Part shown: positions 27,709 to 36,715 of the stretch, piece after piece
How the letters are laid out: every line of letters starts with the position of its first letter
How positions within the stretch are numbered: position 1 is the stretch's first letter
Source of the DNA: Chloroflexota bacterium
GTDB taxonomy: Bacteria; Chloroflexota; Dehalococcoidia; SZUA-161; SpSt-899
Reading direction: 5' to 3'
Length of the DNA stretch: 51,485 nt
NCBI GenBank assembly: GCA_018657655.1
Contig: JABHWQ010000464.1
Span: 1 to 51,485, forward strand
The notes under the pieces: generated by a model
Databases searched by the model: none
Told to the model about the DNA's origin: nothing
Seen by the model: only the letters and a program-made list of their open reading frames with translations
Translations under genes and position numbers: made by a program

Positions 27709-28527
27709 TCAATGCTTTTTCTGACAATAAATATGACCGGACTTGGCTATTGAAACATTTCCGTTAGAAATACTTGTTTCTGATTCAACATGATAGATTG
27801 AGTATCCATGCGAATCAAGGAATTCTCTAATCCTATTCGCATTCTGGATTCTACTTGCTTCGTCAGCGCCATGAATTTCAATGTATAGCGTCGGACCATG
27901 TTTTTGAATAGTATCTACCATCCCTTGCAACGCATAATACTCCATCCCCTCAATATCAATCTTAATGAAATCAGGGGGGGATTGATTAATCGCAATTAAG
28001 CTGTCTAGATCATAAACGTCAACTTGTAGTTCATCCGTCCCTCTTTCCCTAAGTGTTTTAGTTTGGATGGATTGGTCCATACTGGCAGTGCCAGTCCTAT
28101 TTCGCCTTACAACAAGGGTAGCACTGCCAATACGATCACATATTCCAATGTTTACCACCTCAACATTGGAGAGCCTATTAAGATCCACCATATTCCTGAC
28201 TTTTTGATAACTATACGGATGTGGCTCAAAAGCATAGACTTTACCAGTCAATCCCGCTTTCTTGCCAAAAAATGCTGTTAGTATCCCAATATGGGCTCCA
28301 ATGTCATATATCACTTTTCTTTCCAGGTCAAGAGACGACAAAAACCGTTCTTCCTGAGACATGCGCCTAGATATTAGCAAGGAATCAAGTCCACATTGAC
28401 GTCGAATTTCTATACCACCATAATTCATTGTATACACAAACTTCGAAGTCAACTTCTCCAATGGTGGCAGTATAAAGCAGCGAATAAAATAGGCTTTAGT
28501 CAACCGATCGATAATCCCTGCAATCAT
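27709..28527 (-). CDS. FkbM-family SAM-dependent methyltransferase
   Basis: 272 aa with VIYDIGAHIGILTAFF, VYAFEPHPYSY and FIKIDIEGMEYYAL, which are characteristic FkbM motifs. Confidence 0.8.
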   Translation of the reverse strand: MIAGIIDRLTKAYFIRCFILPPLEKLTSKFVYTMNYGGIEIRRQCGLDSLLISRRMSQEERFLSSLDLERKVIYDIGAHIGILTAFFGKKAGLTGKVYAFEPHPYSYQKVRNMVDLNRLSNVEVVNIGICDRIGSATLVVRRNRTGTASMDQSIQTKTLRERGTDELQVDVYDLDSLIAINQSPPDFIKIDIEGMEYYALQGMVDTIQKHGPTLYIEIHGADEASRIQNANRIREFLDSHGYSIYHVESETSISNGNVSIAKSGHIYCQKKH

Positions 28528-28604
28528 ATAGCTCTTCCCTCCTCACTTATATTGTTTCAAAGCGACTCCCTGGCTATATCATCCCAGAGCTAGCCAATCC
28601 TTTA

Positions 28605-29918
28605 CTAGCATATCCCAACATAACTTCCCTTTTGCATCAATGAACGCCTCATAGCCCCAGCCAGATCAACTATAGTATGATCATTCGTGATCATCTCGTT
28701 AAGTCTCTCAAAATATTTATCTTGCCTGGTTATTACGATTACATCCGAATTGTTAATAATATCCTCCAGATCCAAGGTTAACAGAGAAGCAATATGGGGG
28801 GGCAGGTTATCCATTTCGGTCCGCTGGAGACTCGGGTCATACACAGTAATATCATATCCCTTATCGAACAACCTGCTGTACCCTTTTTCATAAAGACGAT
28901 GGATTAGAGCTACAGATGGGCTTTCTCTGGTATCTGTCGTCCCGGACTTGAAAGAAAGGCCCAGTATTCCGATTCTTCTCGTGCCCAAACCCATTATGAG
29001 ATTCACAGCCCTATCGATATGTGCGCGATTGCTTTCGCTTACCGCTTCCAAAAGCGGATTCCGTAATTTCAACTCAGCAGATTTTGCTGTTAATGCACGT
29101 ATATCTTTGGGAAGGCATGATCCTCCATATGCAAAGCCGGGCTTGAGATAATGGGAGGAAATGTTGAGTTTGCGATCCAAGCAGAAGATATCCATCACCT
29201 GATACGAATCGATTCCCAGTTTCCCACAGATGCTCCCTATCTCGTTCGCAAACGTGATCTTAACGGCATGAAATGTATTATCTACGTACTTGACCATCTC
29301 AGCACTCTTGATATCACATCTGACTATCGGAGCATCAATATCCTGATAAATATGCGCAACTCTGTCCCCTGCTCGGGCATCCAGTTCACCAATCACGATT
29401 CTTTCCGGATTGAAGAAATCATAGACCGCCTCGCCTTCTCTCATGAATTCCGGATTGACGCAAACACCAAAATCGATGCCACTCTTTTTCCCGGATGCAT
29501 TTTCCAGGACCGGAAGGATCTCATCCTCCATACTACCAGGAAGCATCGTACTTCGAGTCACTATGACGTGATACTTTGACTTGGCACTTAAAGCCTTTCC
29601 TATTTGTTCGCAGACCCGTATAATGTGCTCTAAATTCAAGCTGCCATCCAAATTGCTGGGTGTCCCAACACATATAAAGGACAATTCTGAATTCTGAATT
29701 GCATCTTCCACACTCTCTGTAGCTCTTAATGTGCCATTGTTCAAACCCAGCTTCACTAATTCCTCTATGCCATTCTCAATTACTGGAGCCACGCCCCTGT
29801 TGATAGCTTCGTTTTTAGCTGATTTTGCATCAATGCCAAGTACGTTGTGACCCTTCTTTGATAAGCAAACTGCAGTAACCGTGCCTACATAACCTAATCC
29901 AAATACACTTATGTTCAT
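28605..29918 (-). CDS. Nucleotide-sugar 6-dehydrogenase (UDP-glucose/GDP-mannose dehydrogenase family, AlgD-like)
   Basis: 437 aa with ISVFGLGYVGTVTAVCLSKKGHNV, NPEFMREG and LKPGFAYGGSCLPKDIRAL. The length and N-terminus resemble GDP-mannose 6-dehydrogenase. Confidence 0.8.
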   Translation of the reverse strand: MNISVFGLGYVGTVTAVCLSKKGHNVLGIDAKSAKNEAINRGVAPVIENGIEELVKLGLNNGTLRATESVEDAIQNSELSFICVGTPSNLDGSLNLEHIIRVCEQIGKALSAKSKYHVIVTRSTMLPGSMEDEILPVLENASGKKSGIDFGVCVNPEFMREGEAVYDFFNPERIVIGELDARAGDRVAHIYQDIDAPIVRCDIKSAEMVKYVDNTFHAVKITFANEIGSICGKLGIDSYQVMDIFCLDRKLNISSHYLKPGFAYGGSCLPKDIRALTAKSAELKLRNPLLEAVSESNRAHIDRAVNLIMGLGTRRIGILGLSFKSGTTDTRESPSVALIHRLYEKGYSRLFDKGYDITVYDPSLQRTEMDNLPPHIASLLTLDLEDIINNSDVIVITRQDKYFERLNEMITNDHTIVDLAGAMRRSLMQKGSYVGIC

Positions 29919-29920
29919 GA

Positions 29921-30991
29921 TTAATTCCGTCCCATGTACTTCTCAATAAGCGAAACATCGTTATTGATGGCGCTCAGTAGACAATTGACAATTACCTCAG
30001 TCGTATCAACCCATTCTGTTTCTATTGCCTCAGATATTGTCCGCTGTGTTTTTTCTTTAAGGCTGTTGCTTAGTATGCTTCCAACGATATCGAGTATCTG
30101 TTGCTCACCAGAAGCTGCAAAGAAGCACCCTTTCTTTAGTAATCCCGAGTTTATCGACATTACTCTACCGCCAGTGTAGATTGCCGGAGTACCCACTAAA
30201 CATGCCTCACGAGCCATACTATCGCCAGAACATATTGCAAGTGCTGCATAGTGCAGCACTGAATGGATATCATTCACTGGTTCTTCGAGTATTATGCATT
30301 CGTTTTCAAACTGAGGTCGCAATGCCTTGTTCTCAAGTGATAGGATTATCTTGAACCCCATTTGTTTCAAAGAGGGACATATATCAACAAGAGATCCTTC
30401 TTGCAAGTGTCTGTAATTTATAGTTGTATTACTGACTTCTCTGATAAAGACATACTCTCCAGGTTGGACGTTGTATTTATCCAGCACATGTCTATTCGGA
30501 ACAAAGTAGTTTGGATGGAGATATGCAAGTTCCTTAAAACCATTGTAAGTTAAGATTCTTTTGCCCTTTGAACGTGTGAAGGCAGGTCTCACAATATAAG
30601 TCGCGATGCACTCATAGGGGTAGTTCGCCAACTTAGTTTCAACATCATCTGAGAACACCACCGAAGGTTTGCGGCGTGCATACGCAACATGAGAACCATT
30701 GAATCCTCCAATACACGTAGCCACGTCAAACTCGGATTTGCGCAAGTGCGCCATAAGAGATATATCCCTTCTTAGCATATCCAACATATTAGCTATCAGT
30801 GAAGCTCTATGCTTGCCACATAGTATCAGCGGTAAATCCGGATACTCTGTTCTCACAATATCTACTAGCGCAGCACGAGGTCGGACACCCAATTCTATGC
30901 CTATGTCCATTCCTCTCAGTATCTTGATGGCATTCTTGAAGAAATTGACATGTGGCATATGAGTTATATCTACAAATACGCTTCTATCCAT
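29921..30991 (-). CDS. DUF354 protein (GT-B / UDP-GlcNAc 2-epimerase-like fold, function unknown)
   Basis: 356 aa. The N-terminus VFVDITHMPHVNFFKNAIKIL matches the DUF354 signature (DI.H.PHV.FFK). Confidence 0.65.
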   Translation of the reverse strand: MDRSVFVDITHMPHVNFFKNAIKILRGMDIGIELGVRPRAALVDIVRTEYPDLPLILCGKHRASLIANMLDMLRRDISLMAHLRKSEFDVATCIGGFNGSHVAYARRKPSVVFSDDVETKLANYPYECIATYIVRPAFTRSKGKRILTYNGFKELAYLHPNYFVPNRHVLDKYNVQPGEYVFIREVSNTTINYRHLQEGSLVDICPSLKQMGFKIILSLENKALRPQFENECIILEEPVNDIHSVLHYAALAICSGDSMAREACLVGTPAIYTGGRVMSINSGLLKKGCFFAASGEQQILDIVGSILSNSLKEKTQRTISEAIETEWVDTTEVIVNCLLSAINNDVSLIEKYMGRN

Positions 30992-31150
30992 GATCTTTCT
31001 CTTTGATTACCCCTTCCGCCGATATTTCACTCTGAAACTCGATGGTATCTCCCAATCTCTCTCCAATATTTACGGTGCATTCTCTTGGTACTAATATGTA
31101 TTATCAAGCGAAATTATCGTCTTGCTCTCCATAAATACGGTAGCAGGAAC

Positions 31151-31615
31151 TCAGCCATTAAGAGGCCAGGGGTCGCTCCTGCTTACCACTGCAAATCCCT
31201 TTTTCCCTCCTAGAGAGATTACACACTGTCCGAGTTTCATTCGTCCAGTTATCAATTCTCTAGCGGCATCGTACAAATCGGGGTAGAAGTCTATCCACTT
31301 GACTCCCTTTTCTGCACTCTCGACTCGTTTCACTGGATTGTCATGCATGTCCTCATAGAGCATCTTTGGCATATTGATGCCAGCTCGTAATGCGAGTGTG
31401 TAATTGGGTACTGAACAGCTGTGCCCAATTACACGACATTCTCTTCGTCTTTCGGATAGAGCGTAGTCAAATCCATATGCATCAAGCAAATCCAACGCAA
31501 TTTCTTTCTTCCTTGCTGTGATGAGTACATTATGCCCTCTGCTCTGCAATGCCCATATGGCGTTTTTAAAAAAGTGTACGTGAGCTGGATGACCTATATC
31601 TACTAATAGTCTCAT
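31151..31615 (-). CDS. Truncated DUF354 paralog (N-terminal ~55 aa conserved; possible pseudogene)
   Basis: 154 aa. MRLLVDIGHPAHVHFFKNAIWALQSRGHNVLITARKKEIALDLLDAYGFDY is canonical DUF354, but the rest diverges and the ORF ends at less than half the family length. A 159-bp gap follows, unusual in this tightly packed operon. Confidence 0.5.
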   Translation of the reverse strand: MRLLVDIGHPAHVHFFKNAIWALQSRGHNVLITARKKEIALDLLDAYGFDYALSERRRECRVIGHSCSVPNYTLALRAGINMPKMLYEDMHDNPVKRVESAEKGVKWIDFYPDLYDAARELITGRMKLGQCVISLGGKKGFAVVSRSDPWPLNG

Positions 31616-31620
31616 TGTGT

Positions 31621-33060
31621 CTATGCGTCCTTTTGCGACCTATCTCCTCGTGCTAACATCTTAATGAGTCCAATACCTGATCCAATATCATTGGATAGGT
31701 CAGAGACAGACCTGATACCCCCCAGTCTTTTCAACACATATCTTGGCGTGAAGTAATATTGTCGATATGCCCTTTTGAATGTTTGATAGACCTCATCCCG
31801 ACTTACATTTGGTGATTCGTAAACTGGATAACTGGTTGACTCGTACTTCGACCACTCGGTGGTTTTGATCCATCCTTCCTTACTTGCCAAGCGGAACAAC
31901 GGAGTTCCAGGGAAAGGAACCACCATGTTGAACGATGCGTAATCCGGTCTTAACTCTTTGGCGAAGTTGATGGTTTGTTCCATCGTTTCCCGAGTATCTT
32001 GCGGATGACCTAGCATAAAGAAGCCAACCCTCTCAATATTTGCAGCTTTTGCCAAAGCAAAACCCTTTCGTATATCGCTAGTGGTAATTTCCTTGCCGAT
32101 AGATCTGAGGATACCATCGTTCCCACTTTCCACTCCTAGTGAAACAGTGTGACATCCAGCCTCCTTCATAGAAGCGAGCAGTTCTGAATCGATCTTGTCC
32201 ACTCGCGTATTACACGTCCATGATAGTCTGATCCGCTCCTCAACGATTGATTGACAGATATCCAATGCCCTCTGGCGATCAAATGTGAATGTGTCATCCC
32301 ATACCTTGATCTCGTGGACACCAAGCTCTTCGGTTAGAAATCGGAATTCGCTCAAGATATGCTCCACTGAACGCCCACTGAATCTCTTCGATATTAGAGA
32401 ACTGACACAAAAAATGCACCGCCCAGGACAACCACGCGCAGTCATGGTTGCTGAAACAGGATGACCCTTTGCATATGGAAGGCTGTAGAGATTCAAGTCA
32501 AGCAAATCGTGAGCTGGAAAGGGAAGACTGCCAAAATCATCCAGACCGGTGTGAAAATCATTATCCTTGATTGTCCCATCCGATAGTCTAACTAGAGTTC
32601 CAGAGATGCTGTTGATATCAGTACTCTCAACTAATTCCCTCAGGACAGATTCCTGTTCGTTCTTGATCACGACGTCCAGTTCTGGACACACTTCGATCAC
32701 GCTTCGGCCAAGAGTCGTTACATGTGGCCCAAATGTAATAGTGATAATATCCCCATTAATCTGTTTTGTTATCTTCGCAGTATTCAAATCCCAGTCAATC
32801 GTTGGCGTAGAATTGGAAAATACCACATACTTTGGATTCTCCTGCCGGATACACTGGCCCACTTCCTGAAATGAAAGCCGTTTTGCGTTTGCGTCAATAA
32901 TCTTGACGGACAAGATATCCCTGATATTTGCAGCTAGCATCGCGAGATCATAGGGCGGGAAGACATACCCTGCTTTTGAGAACCCCATAGCTCCCTTATC
33001 GCGAACACATGTTGCGGACGATATCGGAGAAGGAGGAGCAATAAGTAAAAGATCAGTCAC
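31621..33060 (-). CDS. B12-binding-domain radical SAM enzyme (class B)
   Basis: 479 aa with an N-terminal cobalamin-binding-like Rossmann region and the CxxxCxxC motif CPGRCIFC at about residue 210. The length is typical of class B. Confidence 0.8.
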   Translation of the reverse strand: MTDLLLIAPPSPISSATCVRDKGAMGFSKAGYVFPPYDLAMLAANIRDILSVKIIDANAKRLSFQEVGQCIRQENPKYVVFSNSTPTIDWDLNTAKITKQINGDIITITFGPHVTTLGRSVIEVCPELDVVIKNEQESVLRELVESTDINSISGTLVRLSDGTIKDNDFHTGLDDFGSLPFPAHDLLDLNLYSLPYAKGHPVSATMTARGCPGRCIFCVSSLISKRFSGRSVEHILSEFRFLTEELGVHEIKVWDDTFTFDRQRALDICQSIVEERIRLSWTCNTRVDKIDSELLASMKEAGCHTVSLGVESGNDGILRSIGKEITTSDIRKGFALAKAANIERVGFFMLGHPQDTRETMEQTINFAKELRPDYASFNMVVPFPGTPLFRLASKEGWIKTTEWSKYESTSYPVYESPNVSRDEVYQTFKRAYRQYYFTPRYVLKRLGGIRSVSDLSNDIGSGIGLIKMLARGDRSQKDA

Positions 33061-33104
33061 AACGATTACCTCATTTCAGTTCCCAATATGATTCGGTTCT
33101 ATTG

Positions 33105-34157
33105 TCAACGCGGCCCCACATTTTGAAAAATTTTAAGTCCCAAATTGGCAATAGCAGTCTTGGCAGGAGAGCAAATGTGGACGTATCTGCCATAGTTGAC
33201 CTGCTGGCCGCCAAATTGCCTCTTGAACTCCCTGGGCCCGTAAGGGACGGAGGGATTACCAGCCCCACCAAAGTCCAACACTCTATAGCCGTTGTCGACT
33301 CCCCATCTCAATGCGTGCCAAACCAAGCAATCGTTTGCGTATAGGGATAGACCTTCTGGCAAAGATCCCGCATACCAATCATACATTGTTTGTTTGTACA
33401 GAAGAATCGCCCTTCCTGCAACCACTGTATCGCCATGTATAGCTAGGAAGATACGAAGTCTATTTAGCGGCATCAGCTCATGAAATGCCGCCATAAACAA
33501 GGTGGCATCAGCCAAAGGGATTCTGGCCCTGGCATATGTCCTTTTGAGGGTCTCATAGAATTGATCCAATTCGTCCTGATCCTTCAGTTCTCTACATACA
33601 ATGTTGTTCTTTGTTGCTCGATTGATGTTATTTCTTCTTCGTGGGTTTAGCGAATGCCAAATATTTTCTTTGCTATTATCCAAACATATTAGAAAATTCA
33701 GATGGTCTTCATAGTGATATGAAGACGCATTTCTAAGTAAGCCGGTCCTATCATTCAGATTGCGTATTTCTGAATACAAAGCCTTGTGCGTTGTCAATCT
33801 GTCATGTTCAGCAATAAGCATCGAAGAGACCACACCATCAACTTCTTCGGATTCAAGTGGCCCCCCCTGAATGATCGAATGGGCAGAGAGAAAACCGATA
33901 GGTCCGCCCATTTCTTTTACCAATACCGCAGAAAGCACGCCACACAGCCTACCCGTTTCTTGCTCAATCGCAAATAACTTAATTGGCCTATAGTTCTTTG
34001 TATTCTGGTAAACGTCATATAACTGAGGTGTCTGGAACACATTCCCGAGCGGATGCCTCTGCACGTACTCTTCCCATTCATCCCGGTCAAAATCGCTCGT
34101 TATGATATATGCTGTCCCCATGTCAATCACTATGTATGTTGGAATGAGTATCGTCAC
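33105..34157 (-). CDS. FemAB-family / GNAT-fold acyl(aminoacyl)transferase
   Basis: 350 aa with the two-GNAT-lobe length and a C-terminal LDFGGAGNPSVPYGPREFKRQFGG resembling the FemAB (Y.FK..FG) motif. The start may be the ATG at 34121. Confidence 0.6.
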   Translation of the reverse strand: MTILIPTYIVIDMGTAYIITSDFDRDEWEEYVQRHPLGNVFQTPQLYDVYQNTKNYRPIKLFAIEQETGRLCGVLSAVLVKEMGGPIGFLSAHSIIQGGPLESEEVDGVVSSMLIAEHDRLTTHKALYSEIRNLNDRTGLLRNASSYHYEDHLNFLICLDNSKENIWHSLNPRRRNNINRATKNNIVCRELKDQDELDQFYETLKRTYARARIPLADATLFMAAFHELMPLNRLRIFLAIHGDTVVAGRAILLYKQTMYDWYAGSLPEGLSLYANDCLVWHALRWGVDNGYRVLDFGGAGNPSVPYGPREFKRQFGGQQVNYGRYVHICSPAKTAIANLGLKIFQNVGPR

Positions 34158-34161
34158 ACAC

Positions 34162-34941
34162 TCATCTCACAAACATTATTACCTTCTTGCCCAAGTTCAC
34201 TGCCATATCTTTGGAATAACCCATGATCCAACCAATTATCCCGTTGCTCCATCGCTCGGGATGTGTAAGTATGTAAGCTGTCTGCTGATTTCCATTTCCA
34301 ATTAGTGAAACAAGATCATCCGTACATTTCAACGTCTCGCGCTTTTTCAGGTCCTCCCCACAAGCTTCATCTGATGGGATATAGTCCTTTACTTTATACT
34401 TGTCAGCCCACGTTCTACCAGTATCCGAAAAATAGGCAATATCCTCAAAAGAAAGAAAAGCCTCTCCTATAATCCCAAAGTCTTTAAAGTCATACCGGCT
34501 CCATAAATCTCTATTTAGCCATTTTGTTAAAGGATTACCATGCATACAGATTGTTTTTATTTCCGCGATTTCCCTGAACTTACTCAACTCATTTTCAAAG
34601 ATCGTGATGGCTTTCTCGTAATTGCCTTTTGCTTTATCGAGAGTCTCATAATGGTAACCTATTTCGTGCCCCATGTTAGCTATCATCTGTATGGAGGCGG
34701 GTTCAAAGACACTCTTGCTATATCGAAAATAATAACTTGACCGTAAGCCAAAATCATGCTCGATTTCCGCCATTCTCACTGCGTGCTGCAATCTTCGATC
34801 AACATCATGGCGCAGGACCACGATGTTTTCTTCCGAATGTTGGTTTTCAAGATAGTCAGCGACCGTACATACGGTATACCTGTGTTTGCGGAAGGCCTTG
34901 CACAATTCCCGGTATTTATTGAGAGTGAAATCTCGATTCAT
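34162..34941 (-). CDS. Polysaccharide-deacetylase-like (CE4-related) protein
   Basis: 259 aa with VVLRHDVDRRL...SSYYFRY and HGNP motifs, as seen in EPS-locus deacetylase-family proteins. Confidence 0.55.
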   Translation of the reverse strand: MNRDFTLNKYRELCKAFRKHRYTVCTVADYLENQHSEENIVVLRHDVDRRLQHAVRMAEIEHDFGLRSSYYFRYSKSVFEPASIQMIANMGHEIGYHYETLDKAKGNYEKAITIFENELSKFREIAEIKTICMHGNPLTKWLNRDLWSRYDFKDFGIIGEAFLSFEDIAYFSDTGRTWADKYKVKDYIPSDEACGEDLKKRETLKCTDDLVSLIGNGNQQTAYILTHPERWSNGIIGWIMGYSKDMAVNLGKKVIMFVR

Positions 34942-34945
34942 ACGT

Positions 34946-35683
34946 TTACGACCGGAAAATGAATTTCATCTTCATCCGCCACACAAAGTTCCTTAGAAGC
35001 AGCCAGGAGACTCTGGGGATATAGGTGAGATAGTTTATATGGGATTTTTCCCCCTGGTATCGGGCGGGCATAGGGACTTCAGCTACCTTTATACCAGCGA
35101 CAGAAAACCGGGTCAGCAACTCATTACAATAACCATATCGATCATAGACATCATCGATATCAATTTGGCGCAGAGCTTTCAATGAAACGGCAGTATACCC
35201 ATTCTGCGGATCGGATAACTGATAATTACCGGAAGAAATCCGAGTAAGCCACTTGAGCAGCCAGTTCCCGAAACGCCGCCATAAAGACATACCTTTCATA
35301 TGCTTCCAAGATGACATACGATTCCCTTTGGAATATCCTGCGGTACCTTTAATAATAGGGGCAAGGAGGGTGGAAAGTTGAACGGGATCCATTTGATCAT
35401 CACCGGCCATTACCACCACAACATCCACCCCATCTTCCAGACATTTCTTGTAACCAGTGATAATAGCAGCGCCTACCCCTCTGTTCACTGAATGGTTTAT
35501 GAGGGTCAGTCTTTCATGCTTGCCATTGAGGCTAGTAACTGTTTTCAGAGTGGCATCTGTACTGCCATCATTAACTACGTATATACGGTCAACAAAGGCG
35601 GGAATATTGTCAATGACTGTCTGAATATAGCGGTCTTCATTAAAAGCGGGAACTACAATGCCTATACTGTGCTCATCATACAT
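34946..35683 (-). CDS. Family 2 glycosyltransferase, polyprenyl-phosphate sugar synthase (DPM1/AglK/GtrB)-like
   Basis: 245 aa with IVVPAFNEDRYIQTVI...YVVNDGSTDAT...MAGDDQMDP. Confidence 0.75.
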   Translation of the reverse strand: MYDEHSIGIVVPAFNEDRYIQTVIDNIPAFVDRIYVVNDGSTDATLKTVTSLNGKHERLTLINHSVNRGVGAAIITGYKKCLEDGVDVVVVMAGDDQMDPVQLSTLLAPIIKGTAGYSKGNRMSSWKHMKGMSLWRRFGNWLLKWLTRISSGNYQLSDPQNGYTAVSLKALRQIDIDDVYDRYGYCNELLTRFSVAGIKVAEVPMPARYQGEKSHINYLTYIPRVSWLLLRNFVWRMKMKFIFRS

Positions 35684-35686
35684 AAA

Positions 35687-36658
35687 TCAGTTTGAAAGCC
35701 CCACAGATTCAGCGATGCTTATTGCATCTTCCAGGATGTTGCTCTTTTTCTTTGCTGCCGCAGTGCAGATATCCAGTGTACGCAGCCCCTCATATCCGTT
35801 CACCATGGGAGTCTCACCATTCTTGACGCACTTGATGAAGTGTATCAGCTCCTGCTTGAGCGGCTCCGCCCTCTCAACTGACACGATCGTCTTCTCAACT
35901 GCTGTATGCAGAGTGAGCGCTTGCGTCAAATAATTCAAATACGCGGTACCCTCACTCCCGGTAACCACCAGCGCCCGCACCTTCTGGGGTGTGAACCAGT
36001 TCGCTTCAATGCAGGCCGTGGTATCGCCAAAATCAAGGACTATTACCGCATGGTCCTCTTGCGTCGGGTGTTTGTAACGGCCCGAGCGGCAAAAGGCGGC
36101 CACCGGTTCTCTTCCCATCAGATATCGGGCAACGTCTACATCATGCGAGGCGGAATCGATGATCACACCCACATCCCGGATGCGATCCACGAACGGCCCG
36201 ACTCTCCTTATGGTCATGATCATCAACTGTCCAAGTGTCCCCTGATCTATGATACTTTTCAGCTTCTGTACCGCCGGGTTGAAGCGCTCAATATGACCTA
36301 CTGCAAGTTTGGCTCCTCCAAATTCGGCAGCCTCAATAAGTGCTTTCCCCTCCTCTACAGTGGCAGCTATCGGCTTTTCCACCATGCAGTGAATACCACT
36401 TTGAAGAAAAGGGGTGGCAATTTCATGGTGCAAAGAAGTTGGTACAGCTATGCTCACTGCATCCACTTCCATCAGCAGATCACGGTAATCACGGTAATAC
36501 CTGCACCTGTATTTGTTGCTGATCTTTCGGCCATTTTCTATATCAATGTCAGCTACTCCCACAAGCTCGCAGTCAAGCTGTGAATATATCCGAGCATGGT
36601 GCTGACCAATCTCTCCCAGTCCTATAACTCCTACTCTTATCATCGTAGCGTCCTCCAA
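35687..36658 (-). CDS. Gfo/Idh/MocA oxidoreductase, WbpB-like UDP-GlcNAcA 3-dehydrogenase
   Basis: 323 aa with IRVGVIGLGEIGQHHARIY (Rossmann) and EKP. It sits between the WbpA-like gene and the GT2, close to the WbpE/D-like genes. Confidence 0.7.
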   Translation of the reverse strand: MEDATMIRVGVIGLGEIGQHHARIYSQLDCELVGVADIDIENGRKISNKYRCRYYRDYRDLLMEVDAVSIAVPTSLHHEIATPFLQSGIHCMVEKPIAATVEEGKALIEAAEFGGAKLAVGHIERFNPAVQKLKSIIDQGTLGQLMIMTIRRVGPFVDRIRDVGVIIDSASHDVDVARYLMGREPVAAFCRSGRYKHPTQEDHAVIVLDFGDTTACIEANWFTPQKVRALVVTGSEGTAYLNYLTQALTLHTAVEKTIVSVERAEPLKQELIHFIKCVKNGETPMVNGYEGLRTLDICTAAAKKKSNILEDAISIAESVGLSN

Positions 36659-36715
36659 AAGATCAGGATCGTTATCTTATTCCGTGTTGTACTTCACTGA
36701 GCAATTACTGGATAA

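Noticed and set aside
35906-36583. Long antisense ORFs opposite real genes (for example 35906-36583 +, 40016-40378 +, 40466-40792 +, 46152-46700 -, 49829-50365 +, 25381-25854 +, 26580-27071 +, 12294-12701 -, 3063-3608 -)
   Set aside because: These are shadow ORFs on the opposite strand of well-supported genes. Their compositions are low-complexity or Ser/Gly/Val-rich and they have no motifs.
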